Assembly: GCA_020633295.1 (NCBI GenBank)
Contig: JACKDW010000006.1
Span: 462,181-514,895, forward strand
DNA: 52,715 nt
Source of the DNA: Myxococcales bacterium
Lineage (GTDB): Bacteria; Myxococcota_A; Polyangia; Nannocystales; Nannocystaceae
Reading direction: 5' to 3'
Under the pieces are notes generated by a model. It was not told the origin of the DNA, did not search any database, and was given only the letters and a program-made list of their open reading frames with translations. The translations under genes were made by a program, and so were the position numbers. Positions 36,529-45,800 of the stretch are shown here, piece after piece (position 1 is the stretch's first letter; every line of letters starts with the position of its first letter).

Positions 36529-37887
36529 CTACGCGCCCGCGAGCGGCGCGCGACACAGCGGCATCGTCAGGCACCGCCCGCCGCCGCGGGCGCGCGAGAG
36601 CTCGCTGCCCGAGAAGCTGAACACGGTGCGCGGCTCCTCCATCCCCTGGCGCACGAGCTCGGCGCGCTGCGCCCCCGCCAGCTCCGCGCTGATGCGACGC
36701 TCGACGAAGCCGTGCTCTCGCAGCGCGCGGATCGTGTAGGTGTTGCGGCTGTAGAGGATGATCTTCCCCGGCGCGACGCAGACCGCGTTCGCGCCGTCCG
36801 TCCACTGCTCGCGCTCCTGCTGCACGATGTCGCTGCCGCCGCAGCGCACGAGCTCGAGCCCCGCGCCGAGCTCCTCGCGCAGCACGTCGAGCACGCTCGC
36901 GCCCTCGAGCAGCTCGGGCGGCGCCTCGCGGGTGAGGCGGACGACCGGCAGCGGCGCGATCGGCCGCCCGTTCGCGCTCGAGCCCGCGATCAGCGGCTCG
37001 TGCCCGAGGAACAGCCCGGCGTCGATCTGCGTCAGGATCGTGTCGAGGTGCATCAGCGAGCGGTGCGCCGGCATGAGCACGGCGTAGACGCGCCGCAGCG
37101 CGGGCAGGTTGGGGAACAGCAGCGCGCCCGCGAGCCGCTCGATCGCCTGCGCCGAGGTGCGCTCCGAGCAGCCGACGAGCAGCCACTCGCTCGACGGCAC
37201 CAGCACGTCGCCGCCCTCGAGCGTGACGTGGCGAGCGCCCCGGCCCCGGGTGGGCGAGATCGGGGTGATCGCGGGGCCGAAGCCCGACGGCAGCCCCCAG
37301 CGCAGCGCGAAGCGGACCAGCTCCGGCTCGCGACCCCGCGCCGCGCGGGTCATGTTGCCGACCACGATCTGATCGCCGATCACGATGCAGGGGTCGCGCA
37401 TGAACATCAGGTTCGGCACGGGCCGCAGCGCCATGTCGAAGCGGTCGAGCAGGCGCGCGCGCACGCGGGCGAGCCCGATCGGCGCGTCGGGCAGCTGCGA
37501 CCAGTGCACGCCGGCGATCAGCGCGGCCGCGAGGCGCTCCGGCGCCCACCGGTGCAGCAGCTCCGCGATCGGCAGGACGCCCTCGTGCTCGCACACGCGC
37601 GCGAGCAGGGCCTGGCTCTCGGCGATCGGCGCCCGCGTGAACGCGCGCCGCAGCAGCGACTCGACGCCGTGCACGCGCGCCCCGGCGCCGCGCAGGATGT
37701 CGGTCATCACGTCGTGCTCGAGCTGCGTCTCGTCGGGCGAGAGGATGTCGTCGAACAGCAGCCGGTCGAGCTCGTGCTGCGTCATGTGGGAGATCTCGAG
37801 CCCCGGGCGACGGACGACGACATCGCGCAGCGTCCCGATCTCGCTCGTGATCTGGATCGCGGGTTCTTGCGTGCTCGCTACGGACAT
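36529..37887 (-). CDS. arcA: Arginine deiminase
   Basis: Start ATG at 37885-37887 (MSVASTQEPAIQITSEIGTLRDVVVRRPGLE). Conserved FMRDP and HLDT motifs, and a C-terminal GGGRCLTMPL containing the catalytic Cys. Confidence 0.85.
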   Translation of the reverse strand: MSVASTQEPAIQITSEIGTLRDVVVRRPGLEISHMTQHELDRLLFDDILSPDETQLEHDVMTDILRGAGARVHGVESLLRRAFTRAPIAESQALLARVCEHEGVLPIAELLHRWAPERLAAALIAGVHWSQLPDAPIGLARVRARLLDRFDMALRPVPNLMFMRDPCIVIGDQIVVGNMTRAARGREPELVRFALRWGLPSGFGPAITPISPTRGRGARHVTLEGGDVLVPSSEWLLVGCSERTSAQAIERLAGALLFPNLPALRRVYAVLMPAHRSLMHLDTILTQIDAGLFLGHEPLIAGSSANGRPIAPLPVVRLTREAPPELLEGASVLDVLREELGAGLELVRCGGSDIVQQEREQWTDGANAVCVAPGKIILYSRNTYTIRALREHGFVERRISAELAGAQRAELVRQGMEEPRTVFSFSGSELSRARGGGRCLTMPLCRAPLAGA

Positions 37888-38012
37888 CCGCCGGATTGTA
37901 GCGGGGGATCTGCGGGCCCACGACGCGGGGCGCGCGCGATCGCGGGACGCGCTGAACGTGGCGCGTCGAGCTCGCCCAGCCGCCCGCAGCGAAGGTCCGC
38001 GTACCCGCCTCG

Positions 38013-39326
38013 CTAGATGCACTCGGCGCTGAAATGCATATGCGCGCCGACCTTCATGAGCGCGCACGCGGCCCCGCACGCGACGATCGTCGCGCCGTCG
38101 TCGGACTGACGGACCGTGTAGCCGTCGTCGGTCCCGCAGTCGGAGATCGGCGGGAACACGACGCCGTCGATCGTGACCTCGACCGACGCGTCGAACTCGT
38201 CGACGGTCAACTCCGCGAGCGCCGGCGGCAGCCGGCCCACGCAGAAGGTCAGATCATCGACGAGCGCCAGCTCCTTGAGCAGCCCCGCGTGCGTGTAGGC
38301 GGCCTTGAACTTGGGGTCGTCGTCCACGCCGACCATGCCGCCCGCGAGCGCCAGCTCGTTGAGCGTCGACCAGGGATCGACGTCGGGCTCGATGTCGCCC
38401 TGCTGAAACGCCGCCTGCATCTCGATCCCGAGCCCGACGACCATCGTGAACACGCCCTCCGCGCGCGCGTCGTCGATCTCGATCCACGCCTGCGGGTTGT
38501 AGTTGTCGAACAGCTCCGCGCCCTCGAAGTCGGGGTCGCAGTTGGGCGCGCCGTCGGTGATCAGCACCATGTACTGCAGGCCCTCCCCCACCGCGTCCGC
38601 GAGCTCGTCGCGCGCGGTGGCGACCGCGTCGCCGAGCGCCCGGGCGCCGCTCATGCCCTGGGGGTACGGCAGCGCGCTCTCGAGGGTCGCCGCGACGGGC
38701 GTCATCAGCGGCACCTCGGGCTCGATCGACACCAGGCACGCGCCCGCGCCGTCGCCCGGCGCGCCGATCACCGGCGCGAACACGACGCCCATGCTGGCGA
38801 AGTCCTCGAGCTTGCTCGCGCGATCGATCACGGCCTCGCGCACGCTCTGCCAGTGGTTCATCTGCCCGGCCATCATCTGCTCGCTCTCGGGGTAGCTGCG
38901 GCTCCCCATCGCGGCCGACTTGTCGAGGACGAACATGATGTCGGGCGGCGCGATGAACAGCTCTGTCTCGAGCGGGAGGCAGCCGGTGTCGTCGACCCCC
39001 GTCGTCTCGCCGCTCGAGCCCACGCCCACGCTCGTCGCGTCCACGCCGGTCGTCTCGCTCGCGCTCCCATCGCCCGTCGACGCGCTCGCGGTCGTCGTGG
39101 ACGAGTCGCTCGCGCTCGCGCTCGAGCCCGCGCCGGTCGACGCGCTCTCGCCGTCGACCGTCGACTCCGGCGCGATCCAGTCGCCGTTGAGCGCGACGCA
39201 GCTCGAGAGGCCCAGGCCGGCGAGCGCGAGCGCGAGCGACGACCCGCGAGAGGAGCGAGCGCACGAGCGCGCGACGCCGACGGCGCCGCCGCTCAGCGCG
39301 GAGGGACGAGGCGCGCGGCGATCCAC
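38013..39326 (-). CDS. VWA-domain lipoprotein
   Basis: 437 aa. Lipobox LGLSSC, Ser/Thr/Gly-rich linker, VWA/MIDAS motif FVLDKSAAMGS...VLITDGAPN, and a Cys-rich C-terminus. Confidence 0.8.
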   Translation of the reverse strand: MDRRAPRPSALSGGAVGVARSCARSSRGSSLALALAGLGLSSCVALNGDWIAPESTVDGESASTGAGSSASASDSSTTTASASTGDGSASETTGVDATSVGVGSSGETTGVDDTGCLPLETELFIAPPDIMFVLDKSAAMGSRSYPESEQMMAGQMNHWQSVREAVIDRASKLEDFASMGVVFAPVIGAPGDGAGACLVSIEPEVPLMTPVAATLESALPYPQGMSGARALGDAVATARDELADAVGEGLQYMVLITDGAPNCDPDFEGAELFDNYNPQAWIEIDDARAEGVFTMVVGLGIEMQAAFQQGDIEPDVDPWSTLNELALAGGMVGVDDDPKFKAAYTHAGLLKELALVDDLTFCVGRLPPALAELTVDEFDASVEVTIDGVVFPPISDCGTDDGYTVRQSDDGATIVACGAACALMKVGAHMHFSAECI

Positions 39327-39591
39327 GCCCTCTACGCTACTACATGACTCTTAAGACAAGTTGATCATCGCGCGAGCCGGGCGCCGGCGCGCGCGTTCTG
39401 GCGCCGGCCAGCCGGCGCCCGCGGCTGGAGTGAAGCTGCGGCGCGCGCGCGCGCCGACGCGCGACGTCGGCCGCCTCTCGCGGCCGTGTTGTCGATCGTC
39501 GCGGCGACGACCCTCGCGGCGCCGCGCCGGCGGCCCGACGCCCGCGCGGCGTACGTTCGCAGCGACCGGTTGGACGCGCCTCGGTCTCGGC

Positions 39592-40221
39592 CTAGCCCCG
39601 CCGCAGCTTCCCGGCGAGGTCGGTGCCGATCACGAGCTGCATCGCCGAGCGCAGCTCCGGCCGCGCGGCCAGCAGCGTCCGCAGCGCGTCGCAGTCCCAG
39701 GCCAGGAAGGTCGTCTCCTCCGCGGCCGAGACCTCGGCGGAGCACGGGCTCTCGGTCAAGAACCCCATCTCCCCGACAAATTGCCCCTCGGACAGGTGCG
39801 CGACGACCTCGCCGTCGACGAGCACCTCGAGGCGCCCGCGCTCGATGACCCGCAGCGCGTCGAGCTGCTGCCCGCGCGCGAGGATCGAGCGCCCCGCCGG
39901 CGCGGTCACCCACGCGCCGGTCCTCGAGAGCCGCAAGAACTCCCGCGGGCTCAGCGATCGAAACACGCGCTGGTACAGCCGCGTCTCGCGGGCGTCGAGC
40001 GTGACGGGGCGCCGCTCGAGCAGCAGCGCGCGGATCTGCAGCGCGTTGATGCCCAGGAACACGACGTTCCAGATGATCGGCGGGAGCAGGTTGTTCGCCA
40101 GGTAGTACGGGAACAGCATGCCGATGGCGATGACCGTCAGGCACCGCAGCCAGAGGATGTCGCGGACCAGGTACGAGAGCAGGAACAGGACGTTCGCGCC
40201 GTGGACCAAGAACGCCATCAC
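39592..40221 (-). CDS. Membrane protein with C-terminal cyclic-nucleotide-binding domain
   Basis: 209 aa. Three N-terminal TM helices. cNMP domain with FVGEMGFL and a C-terminal hinge. GTG start at 40219-40221; an alternative ATG at 40216-40218 overlaps the upstream gene's stop (TGATG). Confidence 0.75.
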   Translation of the reverse strand: MMAFLVHGANVLFLLSYLVRDILWLRCLTVIAIGMLFPYYLANNLLPPIIWNVVFLGINALQIRALLLERRPVTLDARETRLYQRVFRSLSPREFLRLSRTGAWVTAPAGRSILARGQQLDALRVIERGRLEVLVDGEVVAHLSEGQFVGEMGFLTESPCSAEVSAAEETTFLAWDCDALRTLLAARPELRSAMQLVIGTDLAGKLRRG

Positions 40222-40835
40222 ACCACCCCCTTGCCCGCGAGCGCGGCGGCGTCGCGCCGACCGACCACCCGCATCGCCGCCGCGACCAGCTCCCCGGGGT
40301 CGGCGTTGTCGGCGATGTACTCGCTGCGGTGCGCGTAGACGACGACGCCGTCGCCGTCCATGACGACCGCGCCGCCCTGCTGCGCGTGGTCACCGTCGCC
40401 GCGGTACTGACGGTAGCCGTCGCCGAGCGCCCGCAGCTGCGAGTAGATCGCGCGCCCGCCCAGCGTCCCCAGCCACGCGCGCCGCAGCCCGGCGGCGGCG
40501 TAGCTCGTGCGCTCCGGGTCGCTGACGATCGTCACGCCCTTGTCGGCGAGCCCGTGGCGCAGCACGAAGTCGCCGATGTGCTGCGGCTCGCCGTTGCCGA
40601 CCATCAGCACGCGGGCGCCGAGCGCCGTCAGCTCGTGCAGCCGCGGCGAGATCGTCGCGACGTGCTTGCTGCAGCCCACGCAGCCGAAGTGGCGCAGGAA
40701 CACGATCACCGTCGGCTGCCCGAGCGCCAGCTCGCGCAGCGGCCGGCGCGAGCCCGACGCGTCCGTCACGATCGCGTCGAGCAGCGCGTCGGGCAGCCGC
40801 TCTCCCATTCGAAGCCCGTCCATCGCCGCGATCAT
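40218..40835 (-). CDS. Peroxiredoxin-like / redoxin-fold protein (AhpC/TSA-2, PRX-like2) with CxxC
   Basis: Start ATG at 40833-40835 (MIAAMDGLRMGERLPD...). Thioredoxin-fold motif VIVFLRHFGCVGCSKH. The 5' part of ORF 40218..42119 is Arg-rich antisense shadow of the kinase gene. Confidence 0.75.
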   Translation of the reverse strand: MIAAMDGLRMGERLPDALLDAIVTDASGSRRPLRELALGQPTVIVFLRHFGCVGCSKHVATISPRLHELTALGARVLMVGNGEPQHIGDFVLRHGLADKGVTIVSDPERTSYAAAGLRRAWLGTLGGRAIYSQLRALGDGYRQYRGDGDHAQQGGAVVMDGDGVVVYAHRSEYIADNADPGELVAAAMRVVGRRDAAALAGKGVV

Positions 40836-40921
40836 AGTCGCAGCGCCCGCGCGTCCCCGCGCGACGTGAACACGCGAGCGGTCGCGCGTCGTGGGCCGTG
40901 GTCGGCCCCGCTCAGCCCCGC

Positions 40922-42640
40922 TCAGTAGAGGACGATCCGGACGTCGCGGACGCACGAGAGCCCGCGCAGCAGCTCGCGCGCGAGGTAGCGAAACAGCGTG
41001 TCGAGGCAGATCTCGCGGGAGAACCCGCCGTTGCCCGTCGCCAGCAGCGGCAGCGCCATCGTGCGCACGCCCAGCGTCTCCGCGTGATAGATGCAGCTGC
41101 CCAGGATCTCGCAGATCAGGTCGCGGCTCGGGCCCGGCCCGTCGTCGCGCCCGCGTCCGCGCAGCGTGATCCCGTGGAACACGAAGCGCGGGCTCAGCTC
41201 GCCGGCCGAGGTCACGACCGCCCGACCCGCGCGCACCGGCACGTAGCGCTGCGCCTCGGCGAACACGCCCTCCCCGGCCGCGGTGCGGATCGCTCGCGAC
41301 ACGCCGCTGCGCATGCTCAGGTACTGGTCGTCGGAGCTCACGAGCGCCTCGACGTCCTGCTCGACGAGGTCCCCGCAGAGGATCGTCAGCGTGCGCTCGC
41401 CCGGGAAGCTGAAGACGTCCAGCACGCGCCCGAGCGCCGCGCCCGTCCCGTCCGCGATCTCGAGGTAGCGCGCCCGACGAGCGCGGTAGCGCTCGAGGTG
41501 AGGCCGCAGCGCGACGTCCTCCACCGCGTCCCAGGGCGAGAGCGCGTCGACGACCGGGTCGATCACCGCGAGGACCTCGGCGAAGGACGAGAAGCGATCC
41601 GACGGCGACTTCGCCATGCAGCGCTCGATGATCTCGCTCGTGCGCGCGGTGATCCCCGGGCTCAGAGACCGCGGCGGCGTGAGCGGCTCGCTCTTGTGCT
41701 TGTGCAGGATCGCGAACCAGTTCCCGCCGTCGAACGCCGGGCGCCCCGTCAGCGCGTGATAGAAGGTCGCGCCGAAGCTGTAGATGTCGGCGCGCGTGTC
41801 GACCCGCCGCGGATCCTCGGCCTGCTCCGGCGCCATGTACCAGGGGCTCCCGAGAACCTGTCCGACGAGCAAGGCCTCGTCGATCTCGCTGGGCCCGCGC
41901 GCGAGCCCGAAGTCGACGACGCGCGCCGCCCCCTCGCCGTCGACGAAGATGTTGGAGGGCTTGAGGTCGCGGTGAATGATCCCGGCCTCGGCGGCCGCGT
42001 GCATGCCGCGCGCCGTGTCGCGCATCCACCGGATCACGCGGTCCTCCTCGATCCCGCCGGGCCCCGCCTCGCGCTCGTGCGCACGCATGAGCCGCGCGAG
42101 ATCCAGCCCGTTGATCCACTCCATCACGAGCACCGGGCCGCGCTCCGGCAGGATGTCGAAGTCGTGGATCTCGACAACGTGCGGCGAGTCGATCTTCGCG
42201 AGGATGCGCGCCTCCTGCAGGAAGCGCCCCTGCGGCGCGCCGGGGAGCAGCACCTTGATGGCGACCTGCTTCTCGAGCGTGCGGTGACGGGCCCGGTAGA
42301 CCACGCCCATGCCGCCGCGCCCGACCTCCTCGAGGACCTCGTAGCGCGCGCTGACGTCGCCGCCGCCGAGCGCGAGGCCCTGGAGATCATCACCCCTTCG
42401 CGCGACGCGATCCTGGGACGGCAGCGTCTCGGCCCCGTGGGCCCACAGGGTCTCCGCGTGGGACGCGGTCTGCTTCGCGCCGCCGTCGAGCGTCTCCGCT
42501 TGCGAGGCGAGCGCGGATCCCTCGAGCTCGACAGCCGGCCGCGGAGAGGTCCGCTCGAACATCGAGTCTCGATCGCCGCGCCGCGCAGTCACGGAGTCAC
42601 CCACCGGGGCAGCATGCCCCGCGGGACACCTCACGTTCAA
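40922..42640 (-). CDS. Ser/Thr protein kinase fused to a C-terminal macro domain (ADP-ribose/O-acetyl-ADP-ribose binding or hydrolase)
   Basis: Kinase: GRGGMGVVYRA...VAIKVL, HRDLKPSNIFV, DFGLA, SPWYMAPE. C-terminal ~150 aa: TLTILCGDLVEQDVEALVSSDDQYLSMRSGVSRAIRTAAG...VVTSAGEL...FVFHGITL...SIAFP-like MALPLLATGNGGF, which matches macro-domain conserved blocks. Confidence 0.85.
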   Translation of the reverse strand: MNVRCPAGHAAPVGDSVTARRGDRDSMFERTSPRPAVELEGSALASQAETLDGGAKQTASHAETLWAHGAETLPSQDRVARRGDDLQGLALGGGDVSARYEVLEEVGRGGMGVVYRARHRTLEKQVAIKVLLPGAPQGRFLQEARILAKIDSPHVVEIHDFDILPERGPVLVMEWINGLDLARLMRAHEREAGPGGIEEDRVIRWMRDTARGMHAAAEAGIIHRDLKPSNIFVDGEGAARVVDFGLARGPSEIDEALLVGQVLGSPWYMAPEQAEDPRRVDTRADIYSFGATFYHALTGRPAFDGGNWFAILHKHKSEPLTPPRSLSPGITARTSEIIERCMAKSPSDRFSSFAEVLAVIDPVVDALSPWDAVEDVALRPHLERYRARRARYLEIADGTGAALGRVLDVFSFPGERTLTILCGDLVEQDVEALVSSDDQYLSMRSGVSRAIRTAAGEGVFAEAQRYVPVRAGRAVVTSAGELSPRFVFHGITLRGRGRDDGPGPSRDLICEILGSCIYHAETLGVRTMALPLLATGNGGFSREICLDTLFRYLARELLRGLSCVRDVRIVLY

Positions 42641-42805
42641 CCACCGCGCGCCGATATTCGCGCGCGACGGCGCGCTCCCGCGCGTCGCGTCGCGATCGCC
42701 GAGGCTCGCCGCCGCTGGACCGACCGCCGCGCCCGCTCGCGGCGCCCGCTCGACGCCGACCGACGCGTCGCCGATCGCCCCGACCCAGGCGCGCCGTGAG
42801 CCTCG

Positions 42806-45800
42806 TCAGCGCCCCGCCGCGCGGTGACGCAGGCAGTAGAGGTGGCGGTCGTGACCGCCGACGATCACCTCGAGGACCCCGTCCCCGTCGACATCTGCGG
42901 CCGTCGGCGCCGCCTCGATCGGCTGATCGGGCGTCGTCCGGAACCGCCAGCGCGACGCGCCGTCGAGGGCCGAGAGCGCGTGCACCGTGCCGTCGCGCAG
43001 CCCGAGCAGCAGCTCGGGCGCCCCGTCCGACTCGAGATCGGCGACGGTCAGCGGGCTGCCGATCTCGAGCGCGTCGCCGTCGGGCCCGGTGAAGCTCCGC
43101 TCCCATCGCGGCGCGCCGTCGCGGTCCAGCGCGACGAGCCCGCGCGCGCGCGACCCCGCGATGATCTCGAGCGCGCCGTCCCCGTCGATGTCGACGATCG
43201 CCGGCGCGCTCCGGCTGGTCCCGAGGCCAGGTATCGCCCAGCGCAGCGCGCCGTCGGCCGCGCTCCTGCACTCCACGCCGTCGTCGTGGGTCAGCGCGAG
43301 CTCGAGGACGCCATCGCCGTCGAGGTCGGCGACCGCGGGCGCGTGGACCATGCGCTGCGCGAGCGCGACGCTCCACGCGGGCGCGCCGTCGCGGCCGCGC
43401 AGCGCGACCAGCGTGCCGTCGAGCAGCGTGAGGAGCACGATGGGCTCGGCGGCGGCGCTCGGGCGGATGATGAGCGGGGTCGCCCACGCGCCGGTGCTCA
43501 GCGTCCGCCGCCACAGCGTTCGACGCAGCGCGCGACCGTCGACGGCCACGACCTCGCGGGCCGCGTCCCACGAGACCATGACGAGCTCCGCGTCGCCGTC
43601 GCCGTCGAGGTCGCCGACGCCCGGCGACGCGTACGCGGTGAACGCCTCGACCTGCTCGAGCGCCCGCGCGTCGACGCCGGAGTGACGCTGCAGGCGACCG
43701 CTCACGAGCGTGATGACGTCGAGCCCGCCGTCGTCGCGGGGGAGCAGCGCGGGCGCGCGGATCATGATCGGCCGCTCGTCGCTGGCGGCCTGCAGCAGCC
43801 CGGTGCGCGCGTCGAACAGCAGCAGGCCCGAGCTCGCGCCCACGCTGTTGTGCACGACGAGCTCGGGCTCGCCGTCGCCGTCCGTGTCCGCGACGCGCGG
43901 CCGCCCGCGCACGGCGTCCGCCGCCCGTCGCTGCCACACGACCTTGGGCCCCGTGATGACCGTGGGCCCGTTGGTGTCGACGAGCAGCTCGTCGAATCCG
44001 TCGTGGTTCGCGTCGCGCGTGCGCTGGAGGCGAAGCACGCCCGAGGTCAGCGGGACGGTGCCCAGCGGCGCGAGCGATCGCGTGTACGCGTGCAGCGTCT
44101 GGCCGATGACGCCCACGAGCTCGCGCGCGCCGTCGCCGTCCCAGTCGGCGGCGATCGGGTGGATGAGCGGCGTGTCCGCGCGCTGACGCAGCAGCTCGCC
44201 GCTGGCGGCGTCTCGCAGCTCGAGCCGACCGTCCGCGACCAGCACGACGACCTGCGGTCCGCCGTCTTCGAAGCGGAGCAGTCGCGCGCCCCCGTCCGAC
44301 GGCCGCGTCCACAGCGGCCGTCCGCCTCGCCCGTCGATCATCGCGACCCTGACGCGCTCCTGCCCGTCGGCGCCCGGTGACGGCCGCGCGTCGTCGGGGA
44401 GCAGGCTGAGCACGTCCGGCGCGCCGTCGCCGTTGACGTCGCCGATCGCGTCCTCTCGCTCGAGCGCCGAGGCGCGCGCGACGACGACGCGCCACCCCAG
44501 CGCGCCGCCGCGCGCCGCCGCGCTCCACAGCGAGTCCTGCTCGCCGGTTCGCCCGCGGCCGACGATCCGCGTCTCGCCGTCGCCCCCGACGAGCGCGTGC
44601 AGACCCAGCTCGCGCGCGCTCGGTCGAAACCCGTAGGCGAGCTGCTCATCCTCGTGCGACGTCGACCACAGCAGCGCGCCCGACCCAGCGTCGCGGGCCG
44701 CTCGTCGCCCGCCGCCGACTTCGAAGATCACCGGCGCGCGCGCGTCGACGCGCGCGTGCCGGACCCCTGCCCCCGCGCTCGCGACGCTCCACAGCGGTCG
44801 CCCCGTCGCCCCGTCGAGCGCGACCAAACGGTCCTTCCAGACACCCCACGCGAGCACGTCGAGCTGCCCGTCGACGCCGACGTCGTGGAGCAGGAGCTCG
44901 TGGTCATCACCCTCGGCGGCCTGCGCGTGGTCCGGGAGCGACGCGGCGGTCCAGCGCGGCTCGACGAGGCCGCGCGCCCGCGACGACCACGCGCGCACCA
45001 CGAGCCGCCCGTCCTCCGCCGCGACGCCGACGATGTCATCGACCCCGTCGCCGTCGAGCTCGCCGACGCGGGTCGCGGTCAGGATCCCCGGGTGGACCAC
45101 GACGCGCCACAGCTTCGCGTCGTTCCACGGGTCGTAGGCCGTCCAGACCCCGAAGTTGAGGTGCGCGAGGTCGTCGAGGCCGTCGCCGTTGATGTCGCCG
45201 AGCCAGCGCAGATCGAGGTTGACCCCCGTGACCGGTCGACTCCACGCGACCGCGCGCGTGAGCGAGACGAAGCGCGAGTGAGTCTCGCCGGCGACCGCCC
45301 GCCACGCGAAGCGCTGCTCGTAGTGCCCCTCCTTGCTCACCCGGATCGCGTGCTCGCCCGTGTCGACCGCGAAGTTGCGCAGCCGCGAGCCGTAGTCGAC
45401 GTCGTCGACGAACACGCTCCCGCCCGTCGGCTCGACGTCGAGCTCGAAGATCGCCTGCTCGTGCTGGAGCGTGAACGCGAGCTCGTGCCGCGCCCCGGCG
45501 CTGACGTCCGCGATCGCCTCGGCGGGCAGGAAGCCGGGGTCGTCGATCGTGACGCGGTGCAGCCCGGGGCGCAGGCGCAGCGCGCCGCCGGGCGCGTCGG
45601 CCGGCGCGCCGTCGACGAGCACGCGCGCCGGCGTGTACGGCCGCCCGCGCCAGCTCGCCCGGAGCACGACCTCACCTGGCTGGATCAACAGGTACACGAG
45701 GTAGCCGAGCAGCGTCAGCGCCATCGGCACGCTCACGAGCGTCAGCGCGCGACGGAGCTGTCGCACCCGCCGGCGCTCGAGCGCCGCGATCAAGGCGTGC

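Noticed and set aside
36482-37921. 479-aa ORF (-) and 434-aa ORF (+) overlapping arcA
   Set aside because: Arg-rich shadows. The arcA frame has the conserved deiminase motifs.
38034-39347. 437-aa ORF (+) and 336-aa ORF (-) overlapping the VWA lipoprotein gene
   Set aside because: Low-complexity Arg/Asp/Gly-rich translations.
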